Shown here in pieces: positions 9,026 to 18,046 of a stretch of 42,209 nucleotides of DNA. The position numbers and the translations under genes were made by a program. Source of the stretch: Alphaproteobacteria bacterium RIFCSPHIGHO2_12_FULL_66_14 (GTDB lineage: Bacteria; Pseudomonadota; Alphaproteobacteria; Reyranellales; Reyranellaceae); the NCBI GenBank assembly GCA_001767945.1, contig MEMN01000233.1, forward strand, positions 1 through 42,209, written 5' to 3'. A model generated the notes under the pieces. It made no database searches. It was not told the DNA's origin and was given only the letters and a program-made list of their open reading frames with translations. Every line of letters starts with the position of its first letter. Positions within the stretch are counted from its first letter, which is position 1.

Positions 9026-9694
9026 ATGCATATTGGACTCATCGGCGGCATCGGACCGGCCGCGACCGACTTCTACTACCGCGGCCTGATCGACCGCCAT
9101 GTCGCCGCGGGCATTCCGCTCGACGTCACGATCTGCCATGCCGATGTGCGCGAGATGAGTCGCAACCTCGTCGGCAAGAATCCCGGCAGGCAGGCCGAGA
9201 TTTTCGTGAAGCTGGTCGAACGCATGAAGGCAGCTGGCGCGAAGGCTGCCGCCATCACCTCCATGGGCGGCCATTTCTGCGTCAGGGAACTCGTGGCGAT
9301 CTCGCCGCTGCCCATCCTCAACGCCATTCCCGAGATCGACGCCGCTCTTGCGCGAAGCAAACTGAAGAAGATCGGCATCATCGGTACGCGCACCGTGATG
9401 GAGACGCGACTCTACGGCGGCATTTACTCGGTCGAGGTCGTGCCCACCGAAGGCGGGGACCTCGACCGGGTCCACAACAATTATGTCGAGATGGCCACCG
9501 TCGGTCGCGTGACGGAGGCGCAGCGCCAGGTCTTCTTCGAGGCCAGTCGCCGGCTGGTCGCGCGTGGCGCCGAGGCGATCATGCTGGGCGGCACCGACCT
9601 GTTTCTGGCCTTTGCCGGCCATGATCCGGGATTCGCCGTGATCGATTGCGCCGACATTCACGTCGACGCGCTCTACGCCAAATCGGCGGCATGA
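9026..9694 (+). CDS. Aspartate/glutamate racemase-fold protein (both catalytic Cys substituted)
   Basis: The N-terminal GLIGGIGPAAT and the GIIGTRTVM segment match the family. TSMGGH and LGGTDL replace PCNTAH and GCTE. Confidence 0.8.
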   Translation: MHIGLIGGIGPAATDFYYRGLIDRHVAAGIPLDVTICHADVREMSRNLVGKNPGRQAEIFVKLVERMKAAGAKAAAITSMGGHFCVRELVAISPLPILNAIPEIDAALARSKLKKIGIIGTRTVMETRLYGGIYSVEVVPTEGGDLDRVHNNYVEMATVGRVTEAQRQVFFEASRRLVARGAEAIMLGGTDLFLAFAGHDPGFAVIDCADIHVDALYAKSAA

Positions 9695-9714
9695 TCTCCG
9701 GGGGAGCCAAGCAC

Positions 9715-10515
9715 ATGGCCGAAGACAACCGTTTGCGCCGCTTTGCCGTCCTCATAGACGCCGACAACACCTCGCCGCGCATCGCCGCGGGCCTGTTCGA
9801 GGAGATTGCGAAGTTCGGCGAGGCCAGCGTGCGACGGATCTACGGCGATTTCTCGAGCCCGCGCCTGAGGTCATGGGCCGACATCCTGCAGAAGTACGCG
9901 ATCGATCCCTATCAGCAGTTCGCCTACACCTCGGGTAAGAACGCCTCCGATATCGCCCTGGTGATCGACGCCATGGACCTCCTGCACAGCCGCCGGTTCG
10001 ACGGCTTCTGCCTGGTCTCGTCGGACAGCGATTTCACGCGCCTGGCGTCGCGGCTGCGCGAGGAGGGTGCCGACGTCTACGGGTTCGGCGCGCAGAAGAC
10101 CCCGGAGAGTTTCCGGCAGGCGTGCCGACGCTTCATCTACACGGAGAATCTTCTGCCGGAGACCGAGACCTCCACGCCGGAGGAAGGGCCCTCTCCCAAG
10201 GCGCGACAGTCCGCCGGCGCCGCCATTCCCATCCTGACCAAGGCGATCGGCCAAATGGAGACCGAGGACGGCTGGGTGGGACTGGGCGTGGTCGGCCAAC
10301 GCCTGGCCAACATCGCCTCCGATTTCGATCCCCGTACCTACGGGTTTCGCAAGCTGAGCGATCTGGTCCGCCAAACCGGCGCTTTCGAGATGGATCAGCC
10401 CGAAGGCCGGGCGGTGCGGATCAGGGTGAAGCCGACGCAACTGCCGATGCCGCCGGCCAGGGGCCGTGCCAGGACGCCGGCAGCACCCGCCACAAGACGG
10501 CCACAGTCCGGCTGA
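9715..10515 (+). CDS. NYN domain protein (LabA/DUF88 PIN-like) with C-terminal OST-HTH/LOTUS domain
   Basis: AVLIDADN, RRIYGD, GKNASDIALVIDAMD and SSDSDF motifs. C-terminal DFDPRTYGFRKLSDL. Confidence 0.88.
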   Translation: MAEDNRLRRFAVLIDADNTSPRIAAGLFEEIAKFGEASVRRIYGDFSSPRLRSWADILQKYAIDPYQQFAYTSGKNASDIALVIDAMDLLHSRRFDGFCLVSSDSDFTRLASRLREEGADVYGFGAQKTPESFRQACRRFIYTENLLPETETSTPEEGPSPKARQSAGAAIPILTKAIGQMETEDGWVGLGVVGQRLANIASDFDPRTYGFRKLSDLVRQTGAFEMDQPEGRAVRIRVKPTQLPMPPARGRARTPAAPATRRPQSG

Positions 10516-10631
10516 GGGTGGCGGATTCCATGCGTTGGGCCACTTCGCTCGTTGCTTTTGTCTCCGCTCCCGCCTAAGGGCGAAGAAGCGGCGCGATCCG
10601 ACGCCGATCCCAGACAGGAAAGTTCACGCGA

Positions 10632-11660
10632 TTGGGAAATAGCCCGGAACCCGCAGGTTCTTCCGCGACTGATGCCCGCACATGGACCCAGGTTCTCGCG
10701 CGCTACCGGCAGCCCAGCAACGGCCGCAGCATCGTCGAGATCGCCATCACCGTCGTGCCGCTCGCAGCCCTCTGGGCGCTGGCCTGGGCGACGCTCGACA
10801 TCGGCTATTGGCTGGCCCTGCCGCTCGCCATCGCCGCGGCGGGGTTCCTGGTCCGGCTCTTCGCGATCCAGCACGATTGCAGCCATGGTGCCTTCTTCCG
10901 CCACCGGCTGGCCAATGACTGGATCGGCCGGGTCGTCAGCGTGGCGACACTCACACCCTACGGCGTCTGGCGTCGCACTCATGCCACCCACCACGCCTGC
11001 ACGGGAAATCTCGACCGCCGCGGGCTGGGCGACGTCGATACGCTCACGGTCGAAGAATACCGCGCGCGGGGATTCTGGGGACGGCTGCGCTATCGCGTTT
11101 ACCGCCACCCTTTGTTCATGTTCGGCGTGGCACCCGCCTATCTCTTCATTCTGCAGCATCGCCTGCCGGTCGGTCTGATGCGCGACGGCTGGCGGCCCTG
11201 GATCAGCACCATGGCAACCAATCTGGCGATCGCCGTGATCGCGGCGGCGCTGATCTGGCTCGTCGGGATCAAGGCCTTCCTGCTCATTCACCTGCCGATC
11301 ATGCTGTTCGCCGCCTCAGTCGGGGTATGGCTGTTCTACGTCCAGCACCAGTTCGAAGACACTGTCTGGGCGAACGACGGCGACTGGAACCTGCATGACG
11401 CCGCCCTGCACGGCAGCTCCCACTACGACCTGCCGGCATTCCTACGCTGGTTCACCTGCAACATCGGCGTGCACCATGTGCACCACCTGTGCAGCCGTAT
11501 CCCCTACTACCGGCTGCCACGCGTGCTCCAGGACCATCCGGAGCTGCGCAATGTCGGCCGGCTGACGCTGCTCGAGAGCTTCCGCTGCGTCCGTCTCGTC
11601 TTGTGGGACGAGACGGAACGCCGCCTGATCTCGTTTCGCGAAGCCCGCGCATCGTGCTGA
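10632..11660 (+). CDS. Membrane fatty acid desaturase
   Basis: Three His boxes (HDCSH, HATHH, HHVHH), a YVQH motif and TM segments. The TTG start is uncertain. Confidence 0.88.
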   Translation: MGNSPEPAGSSATDARTWTQVLARYRQPSNGRSIVEIAITVVPLAALWALAWATLDIGYWLALPLAIAAAGFLVRLFAIQHDCSHGAFFRHRLANDWIGRVVSVATLTPYGVWRRTHATHHACTGNLDRRGLGDVDTLTVEEYRARGFWGRLRYRVYRHPLFMFGVAPAYLFILQHRLPVGLMRDGWRPWISTMATNLAIAVIAAALIWLVGIKAFLLIHLPIMLFAASVGVWLFYVQHQFEDTVWANDGDWNLHDAALHGSSHYDLPAFLRWFTCNIGVHHVHHLCSRIPYYRLPRVLQDHPELRNVGRLTLLESFRCVRLVLWDETERRLISFREARASC

Positions 11661-11683
11661 AGCACGGGCTCCGGTCCAGCCGT

Positions 11684-13639
11684 TCAGTCGCAGCTCTTCA
11701 GCAGACTGGTCGCGGCCGGATCGCCCGGAAGAAGCGCCAGGCTGGCCTCGAAATGCCGGCGGGCAGTCTTTGTGTCGTGACGAACGAGCGCCTCAACGCC
11801 GGAAAGAAGATGATCCCGTGTCCGCGCCTTGGCCGCACGATCGGCCGGATCGTTCCGGTTGAAGACTTCGAATAGCGTGACCGGTCGCGTCTTGCCTTTG
11901 ACGACGACGACGTCGATCGGCCGGATGTCGTAGGCTTTCGGATCGGCGAGTTGATCGTAGGTATTCTGCGAAATCAGGATGCCGACGTGATAGACCTTGG
12001 TCAGGCTTTCGATTCGCGAGGCGAGGTTGACCGCGTCGGAAATGACGGTGCCGTCCATGCGGTGTTTTTCGCCGATGGTACCCATCATGAGCGACCCGGT
12101 GTTGAGCCCGACGCCAATGCCGACCGGATCGAGTCCGACCGTCCGGCGCTCGGCGTTGAACCGCTCGAGAGTCTCGAACATGGCAAGGCTTGCACGTAGC
12201 GCGTCGTCGGCATTCCCGAACAAGGCCATGATGGCGTCGCCGATGTACTTGTCGATGAAACCGTCGTGGTCGCGGATGACCGGGCCCATGCACTCCAGGT
12301 AGGAATTGATGAAGGCGAAATTGTCATCGGGCGTCATCTGCTCCGACAGGGTGGTGAAATTCCTGATATCGGAGAACAGGACGGTCATTTCCTGACGCAT
12401 GTTGTCGCCCAGGTTGACCGAGACGATGGACGGCTTGCCGATCATGGCCAGAAAGGCGCGCGGCACGAACCGCTCGATCGACAGGTTCGTCTCCTTGAGG
12501 TCGACGATGGTGTTACGAACGGCGCTGCGCATCGCGTCAAAGCTACGGGCAAGATGCCCGATCTCGTCGCGCCGGTCGGTGTTGGCAATACTGTGTTCGA
12601 GGTCCCCCTCGGCGATCGCGCCGGCCTCCCCGCGCAGATTGAGCAGCGGATCCAGGACCTGACGTTGAAGAAGGCGAGAGGCGATCCAGAACACGACCGG
12701 CAGCATCAGGGCGAGTACGACCAGCGAGGCGATGAACACCTTGATAACCGCCTCGCGCGCCAGGCCGGTGTCGTACGTGATCTGCCAGATCACCAGCTTG
12801 TGCGAGATCGGATCGTCCTTCACCGGCCCGCCGGCCGAGGCGTAGCGACTGTAGATCGTGACATGCCGTCCATCCGCGTCCGCGACCTCGTCGCGACCGG
12901 CTTCGGCGACATGTTCGACGAGGTCCGGGGCGAGCTTTTTCCCGACGTGCAGCAGGGACCATGCGCCTGCGGGCGTGATCAGGTAGATATCGACGTCCTT
13001 CACATACTCATTCGAACGAATGGCATCGGTGAAGAGGTCCTGGAAGAAATACTTTCCCATCCAGCCGAAGTCGCCCTGGCTCAGGCTCCTGCGGATTTCG
13101 GTCGAGGTCTCGACGATGAAGTTCTTGTCCTTGGGGCCGTAGTAGCTGTAGGTCCGCAACGTGCCGGTCAGCGAGGACATGTCGATGCCGTCGCTCATGA
13201 CCTTGTCGCCTTCGAACACCGTGTCGAGAAACTTGGTGAAGGGACTCTCGGGAAAGACGAGGTTCATGTCGCCCGGCAGATTGGTCTGGAACACCTTGTG
13301 TGACCGGTCGATGAAGTAGATGTGCTCGACATCGTATTTCTCGGTGAGAGCGTTGAGCTCGCCGGCCGACAGGCCGGCGGGGTCACGACCGAGGTTCGCG
13401 AGTTCGGCCGCGATCTCCGGCAGAACCTTCTCCATGTGAGCCTTGATCCGGCCGTGCTGGCTGCGCAGAAGGGTTTCGAAGATCGCGAAGCGCTCCGTGA
13501 GGCTGGCTTCGAGACTGCGAATCTCCTGAGCCTGCTTGTCGGACACCAAGCGATACATCGCGAGTGAGACCACCACGGTCGCTCCGAGGGTGACGGCCAT
13601 CATCACCACGAAAAGGAACAGCCCGACCTTGCGCTTCAC
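11684..13639 (-). CDS. Membrane-bound class III adenylate cyclase (periplasmic sensor, HAMP, cyclase domain)
   Basis: Two TM segments and a HAMP domain (RRDEIGHLARSF). Cyclase motifs FSDIRNFT, IDKYIGDA (Lys indicates ATP specificity), VNLASRIE and VKGK. Confidence 0.9.
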   Translation of the reverse strand: MKRKVGLFLFVVMMAVTLGATVVVSLAMYRLVSDKQAQEIRSLEASLTERFAIFETLLRSQHGRIKAHMEKVLPEIAAELANLGRDPAGLSAGELNALTEKYDVEHIYFIDRSHKVFQTNLPGDMNLVFPESPFTKFLDTVFEGDKVMSDGIDMSSLTGTLRTYSYYGPKDKNFIVETSTEIRRSLSQGDFGWMGKYFFQDLFTDAIRSNEYVKDVDIYLITPAGAWSLLHVGKKLAPDLVEHVAEAGRDEVADADGRHVTIYSRYASAGGPVKDDPISHKLVIWQITYDTGLAREAVIKVFIASLVVLALMLPVVFWIASRLLQRQVLDPLLNLRGEAGAIAEGDLEHSIANTDRRDEIGHLARSFDAMRSAVRNTIVDLKETNLSIERFVPRAFLAMIGKPSIVSVNLGDNMRQEMTVLFSDIRNFTTLSEQMTPDDNFAFINSYLECMGPVIRDHDGFIDKYIGDAIMALFGNADDALRASLAMFETLERFNAERRTVGLDPVGIGVGLNTGSLMMGTIGEKHRMDGTVISDAVNLASRIESLTKVYHVGILISQNTYDQLADPKAYDIRPIDVVVVKGKTRPVTLFEVFNRNDPADRAAKARTRDHLLSGVEALVRHDTKTARRHFEASLALLPGDPAATSLLKSCD

Positions 13640-13724
13640 CGAGAGACCCCACCCATGGCTGGAGTCTTACTCCATGGCCCGCGCCTTGCCCATGCGCGTC
13701 GGAAGCAGGCCTCGCCGATGGCGT

Positions 13725-14348
13725 CTAGTTGTTCTGCCAGAGACGCGTGGTGTAGGCGCCCTCGACACTGGCATCGATCTGCGCCGCCACGTCGTCGCCG
13801 GCGCCAACCCGAGGCGCGATGATCTTGCCGAACGACACGCGGCCGGGCGCCGGCCAGGCCTTGGGATCCCACAGCTTGGCGCGGACGATCGAGCGGGCGC
13901 AGTGAAAGTAGCAATGCCCGATACGCACCCGGGTCGCCAGCAGCGCCGGCTTGCCGAGCGAGCTGAGCGATCCCACCAGGTCGGGATCGTCATAGATCTC
14001 GGCGGTACCGGACACGCGCAGCGTCTCGCCGGTGGCCGGCGCCAACGCAATCAAGCCGATCTTGCCCGTGGCCAGGATATTGGTGAGGCCGAAGGCCAGG
14101 TTGTTGCCGGCCCGTTCGGGGATCAGCAGGGTCCTGGGATCCTCGACCCGGATGAACCCCGGGTCGTCACCCTTCGGCGAGACCTCGACCGCGCCGTCGC
14201 TGCCGACGGTGCCGATCAGGGCGAACGGACAGCGGGCCAGAAAGGCGATCGACTGTTCGTCAAGGGCATCCGATATCTTGGCGCGCGTCGTCGGACGCGG
14301 CTCGGGAAGAATGCGCCGAAGATCGTCGGTCGAGGCGATGCGCGCCAT
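13725..14348 (-). CDS. Pyridoxamine 5'-phosphate oxidase-like FMN-binding protein (MSMEG_1061 family)
   Basis: VSPKGDDPGF, IPERAGNN, ETLRVSG and YFHCARSIVRAKLW motifs. Confidence 0.85.
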   Translation of the reverse strand: MARIASTDDLRRILPEPRPTTRAKISDALDEQSIAFLARCPFALIGTVGSDGAVEVSPKGDDPGFIRVEDPRTLLIPERAGNNLAFGLTNILATGKIGLIALAPATGETLRVSGTAEIYDDPDLVGSLSSLGKPALLATRVRIGHCYFHCARSIVRAKLWDPKAWPAPGRVSFGKIIAPRVGAGDDVAAQIDASVEGAYTTRLWQNN

Positions 14349-14418
14349 GGCTCAAAACTCCCCTTATGTCGCTTGAGTTGGCCGGTTGGATGAACCATCG
14401 GTCAGCTCGGGACCAAGT

Positions 14419-14871
14419 TCAACCACGCTGGCGTCGGGGCTTCTCCAGCGCGTCCATGTTGGCGTAAAGCCGCCGCAAGGCAACCTTCAGCGCTTCGGCC
14501 TCTCGGGCTTCGAAGCCCCGCAGCGACACGGCCTCGTAGCGTTCGGCGATCGGAAGCAGTCGCTGGGTGAGCCTGCGGCCGGCCGGTGTGGCATGAAGGG
14601 TGACAGCACGGGCATCGGCGGCGTCGCGGCGACGGGCCACCAGCGCCTTCTTCTCCATGCCGTCGACCAGGCGCGTGAGCGTCGAGACCTCGATGGAAGT
14701 GGTTTCCGACAGATCGCCCATGCGGCGGCCGTCGCGCTCGTGAAGGGCCGCCAGCACGCGCCATGTCTGCAGGGTGGCGCCGAGCGGGCGGACCTCCTCG
14801 CTGAACGCCGTGGCGATGCGCGCACCGGCCCGGTTCAGCAGGTAAGGCAGATAGCCATCGAGCGGACCCAT
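14419..14871 (-). CDS. MarR family transcriptional regulator
   Basis: YLPYLLNRA, WRVLAAL, STLTRLVDGME and the wing RRRDAADAR. Confidence 0.9.
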   Translation of the reverse strand: MGPLDGYLPYLLNRAGARIATAFSEEVRPLGATLQTWRVLAALHERDGRRMGDLSETTSIEVSTLTRLVDGMEKKALVARRRDAADARAVTLHATPAGRRLTQRLLPIAERYEAVSLRGFEAREAEALKVALRRLYANMDALEKPRRQRG

Positions 14872-14875
14872 GGCG

Positions 14876-15934
14876 TCAGGCCGCGAAGTGCGGCGCCACC
14901 TCCCGCATGAAGCGCTCCATCTGCTCCTTCACGAGGGCGTGCGGTATCTGGCCGTAGTTGAAATAGAGGATCACCTCGGCGATGCCGGCGGCCTCGACCT
15001 GCTTCAGCGTATCGACGATATGCTGCGGGCTGCCGCACAGGATCGACTTGTCCGTGAGCTTCTCCGGCCGCATGTCGCGCAGGATGTTCACGATGTCGAC
15101 GAAGTATTTGTAGGTCGGCGGCACGGTCTCGCCCGACGAGGACGGGAAGGCGGCGATCAGCGCGTCCTGGAAGTAGCGTACCAGCGCCTGCTTGCCGTAC
15201 TGCTCCTCCTCCGGCGTCGAGGCGATGTGCACGAAGTAGGAGCACATGGCCCGCCGCATCGGCCGCTTGAACGTTGTTTCGCACGTCTCGCGGTAGGTAC
15301 GCACGGCGTCCGCCAGCGAGCCATAGACCATGGCGGCGGCGAAGGGCGCGTAGATGACGTTCCAGTCGTTGCGGGCCGCGAGTTCCATCGACGGCCGCGA
15401 AAAGCAGGCGACATAGGGTCGAAGCGGCCTTTGGGCCGGGCGGGGTCGCACCTCGACGTCATCGAACTGATAGAATTTGCCCTTGTGCGACCATCTTCCT
15501 GGTTCGGTCCAGGCGCGCCACACGATCTCCAGTCCTTCAGCGAACAGCTCCGCCGACTCGCCGAACGGCGCCTGGAACGGCTCGTATTCCTTGCGGTCAT
15601 AGCCGCGGCCGGCGGCGAAATCGACGCGGCCGCCGGACAGGAGATCGAGCGTCGCCCATTCCTCGGCGACATGCAGCGGATGATGCACCGGCAGCAGGGT
15701 AACGGCAGGCGCCAGCCTGAGCTTCGTGGTCGCGCCGGCCAGTTGCGCCAGTATGGCGAGCGGCGAGGCGTTGACGCCCAAAAGATTGAAGTGATGCTCG
15801 CCGATCCAGGCCGAGTTCAGCCCGACCTTCTCGGCCCACAGCGCCTCGGCGAAGATGTCCTTGATGAACTGCTCAGGCGACCGCGGATTGCCGGGATAGC
15901 GGTTGTCGCTCAGCGTGAAGTAACCGAATTGCAT
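14876..15934 (-). CDS. LLM class (luciferase-like) flavin-dependent oxidoreductase
   Basis: WIGEHHF, HHPLHVAEEWATLDLLSGGR, GRGY and PRPAQRP motifs. GGAGG RBS. Confidence 0.9.
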   Translation of the reverse strand: MQFGYFTLSDNRYPGNPRSPEQFIKDIFAEALWAEKVGLNSAWIGEHHFNLLGVNASPLAILAQLAGATTKLRLAPAVTLLPVHHPLHVAEEWATLDLLSGGRVDFAAGRGYDRKEYEPFQAPFGESAELFAEGLEIVWRAWTEPGRWSHKGKFYQFDDVEVRPRPAQRPLRPYVACFSRPSMELAARNDWNVIYAPFAAAMVYGSLADAVRTYRETCETTFKRPMRRAMCSYFVHIASTPEEEQYGKQALVRYFQDALIAAFPSSSGETVPPTYKYFVDIVNILRDMRPEKLTDKSILCGSPQHIVDTLKQVEAAGIAEVILYFNYGQIPHALVKEQMERFMREVAPHFAA

Positions 15935-15971
15935 GGCGTCCCTCCGGAGACGAACAATCGCTCAATTCAAT

Positions 15972-15991
15972 TTATTTGTAAATGCAAATAA
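15972..15991. promoter_or_regulatory. AT-rich imperfect palindrome, candidate MarR operator
   Basis: TTATTTGTA-AA-TGCAAATAA (8 of 9 bp dyad) in the divergent intergenic region upstream of the LLM-marR unit. Confidence 0.6.
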
Positions 15992-16071
15992 TTACACCCT
16001 GGCTTGTGATCCACAAATGGCGAGGGTACGTAATCCGATAACGACAACGACGATCCGGGATGGAGACAGGC

Positions 16072-16818
16072 ATGAAGCGTCTACTGGTCGCCGCCGCCCT
16101 TGTGGCCCTGCCGCTGCCGGCGCTCGCCCAGACCAGCCTCCAGATGATCGAAAATGGTCGTGCCCTGTTCAACGACAAGAGCCTGTCGGCCAGCGGCCGG
16201 GTTTCCTGCGCCACCTGCCACCCGATGAACGGCCACACCGACAACAAGACCTATGTCGGGCTCGATGTCGTGCCCGACGGCGACCCCAAGGGACGCAGCA
16301 CGCCCACGATGTGGGGCGCCGGCATCCGCCAGGCCGAATGGTCATGGGCCGGCAACATCCCGTCGATCGAGACCAACATCCGCGGCATCATCGTCAACCG
16401 CATGAAGGGCTCGGAGCCCACCAAGGAGACGCTGGACGCGCTGGCGGCCTATGTGAGGTCGCTGCCCAACGGGCCGGCGCCATTCCTCGATGCCGACGGC
16501 ATGCCGCGCGACACGGCGCCGGCCGACGTACGACGTGGTTATGCGCTGTTCTCCGGCAAGGCAGGTTGCATGACCTGCCATTCGCCCGCCTCCTACGACA
16601 AGAAGGGGCCCGAAGACGTGGGCAGCGGCGGGCCGTTCAAGGTGCCGTCGCTGCGCAATGTCTCGAAGACCGGGCCTTACTTCCACGACGGCCGCTTCAA
16701 GAGCCTCGACGAGGCCGTCACCTTCATGTGGGACTTCTACCGGAAGAAGAACGACAGCAAGGACACGCTGAGCGACGCCGAGAAACGCGATCTCGTGGCG
16801 TTCCTGAGGGCGCTCTAG
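16072..16818 (+). CDS. Short di-heme cytochrome c peroxidase/MauG-family protein, secreted
   Basis: Signal peptide (MKRLLVAAALVALPLPALA). Two CxxCH motifs (CATCH, CMTCH) plus FKVPSLRNV and GPYFHDG. Alternative start at 16060. Confidence 0.82.
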   Translation: MKRLLVAAALVALPLPALAQTSLQMIENGRALFNDKSLSASGRVSCATCHPMNGHTDNKTYVGLDVVPDGDPKGRSTPTMWGAGIRQAEWSWAGNIPSIETNIRGIIVNRMKGSEPTKETLDALAAYVRSLPNGPAPFLDADGMPRDTAPADVRRGYALFSGKAGCMTCHSPASYDKKGPEDVGSGGPFKVPSLRNVSKTGPYFHDGRFKSLDEAVTFMWDFYRKKNDSKDTLSDAEKRDLVAFLRAL

Positions 16819-17717
16819 GCGGTCCGTGGACCGAGGTCGGCCAGCGGCATCAGCCAGTCGCGGAACGCCTTGATCTTGCGCCGCCGGATCGCCTCCTGGG
16901 GATAGACAAGGTAGTAGGCGAACTCGCTCGACATCTTGAAGTCGAAGGGCACGACCAGCCGCCCAGCCTTGAGGTCGGGCGCCACCAGCGGATGACGCCC
17001 GAGCGCCACACCCAGCCCGTCGATCGCCGCTTGGTAGGCCGCCACCGCAAAATCGAACGACACGCCGCGCGAGGCGTCGATTCCCTTGACGCCAGCAGCC
17101 GTCAACCAGACCTGCCAATCGTCGGGGAAATTGCCGATGTGAAGCAGCGTGAACCGCTTGAGGTCGGCCGGCTTCTTGAGTGGATTCGCGCCCTTCAGGA
17201 GAGTGGGAGCGCAAACCGGCATCACATCCTCGCTGACCAGCCGTTCGGCCACCAGTCCCGGCCAGTGGCCGCGGCCGTAGCGAATGCCGATATCGACGTC
17301 CTCGCGCGCAAAGTCGATCAGCCCGGTGCCGGTGCTGATCCGCACGTCGATCTCGGGATTGGCGCGCTGGAAGCCGCCCAGCCGCGGCACCAGCCATTTC
17401 ATGGCGAAGGATGCCGTCGTCGTGACGGTGAGATGGCCGCCGCGGTCCTTCTGCAGGAGTTTTTCGGTGGCCTCGTTCAACTGGTCGAATGCCCCGCGCA
17501 CCGCGGGAAGATAGGCCTGGCCCGCTTCGGAGAGCAGCAGCGAGCGGTTCCGGCGCACGAACAATTTTAATCCGAGGCGTTGCTCGAGGCCGCGCACCTG
17601 ATGGCTGATCGCGGCCTGGGTGACGTTGAGCTCCTCGGCGGCATCCGTAAAGCTCATGTGGCGTGCGGCGGCCTCGAAGGCGCGCAGGCCGTTGAGCGGC
17701 GGCAGGGTTCGCTTCAT
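16815..17717 (-). CDS. gcvA: LysR family transcriptional regulator, GcvA-like
   Basis: MKRTLPPLNGLRAFEAAARHMSF and VTQAAISHQVRGLE HTH, plus WLVPRL and DIGIRYG. The symbol is a subfamily-level call only. Confidence 0.88.
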   Translation of the reverse strand: MKRTLPPLNGLRAFEAAARHMSFTDAAEELNVTQAAISHQVRGLEQRLGLKLFVRRNRSLLLSEAGQAYLPAVRGAFDQLNEATEKLLQKDRGGHLTVTTTASFAMKWLVPRLGGFQRANPEIDVRISTGTGLIDFAREDVDIGIRYGRGHWPGLVAERLVSEDVMPVCAPTLLKGANPLKKPADLKRFTLLHIGNFPDDWQVWLTAAGVKGIDASRGVSFDFAVAAYQAAIDGLGVALGRHPLVAPDLKAGRLVVPFDFKMSSEFAYYLVYPQEAIRRRKIKAFRDWLMPLADLGPRTA

Positions 17718-17730
17718 GGGCAATCCTTCA

Positions 17731-17747
17731 CATGAGGTATTCTTATC
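17731..17747. promoter_or_regulatory. LysR recognition box (T-N11-A dyad)
   Basis: CATGAGGTATTCTTATC, with T17733-N11-A17745 and an ATGAG/CTTAT imperfect dyad, between the LysR gene and the divergent DUF1127 gene. Confidence 0.55.
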
Positions 17748-17834
17748 AAAACAGGACAAACCGTCATTTGTAAAGACCCCACCCGGGGCACACATGCAGG
17801 TCACACAAGCGGCAACCCCTTCAGGAGAAGTCCG

Positions 17835-18038
17835 ATGGCCGACGTCTCGCTCTACTACCGCTCCGAAGTTCCGGTGATGGCCACGGTTTCGGCCGTCGGT
17901 CAGCTTTTCGCGACCTGGCGCCGCCGCACCAAGGAGCGCCACCAATTGGCTGACCTCGACCCTCGCACGATCCGCGACATCGGCCTCAGCCCAAGCGAAA
18001 TCCAGTTCGAGGCCAACAAGCCCTTCTGGCGCGGCTGA
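17835..18038 (+). CDS. DUF1127 (YjiS-like) small protein
   Basis: 67 aa with WRRRTKERHQLADLDPRTIRDIGLS and C-terminal EANKPFWR. AGGAG RBS. Confidence 0.9.
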   Translation: MADVSLYYRSEVPVMATVSAVGQLFATWRRRTKERHQLADLDPRTIRDIGLSPSEIQFEANKPFWRG

Positions 18039-18046
18039 TCTTCAAC

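Noticed and set aside
16007-16015. TGATCCACA, a Caulobacter-type DnaA box next to an AT-rich patch
   Set aside because: It is a single box in a short divergent promoter region. The AT-rich patch is better explained as a MarR-type operator.
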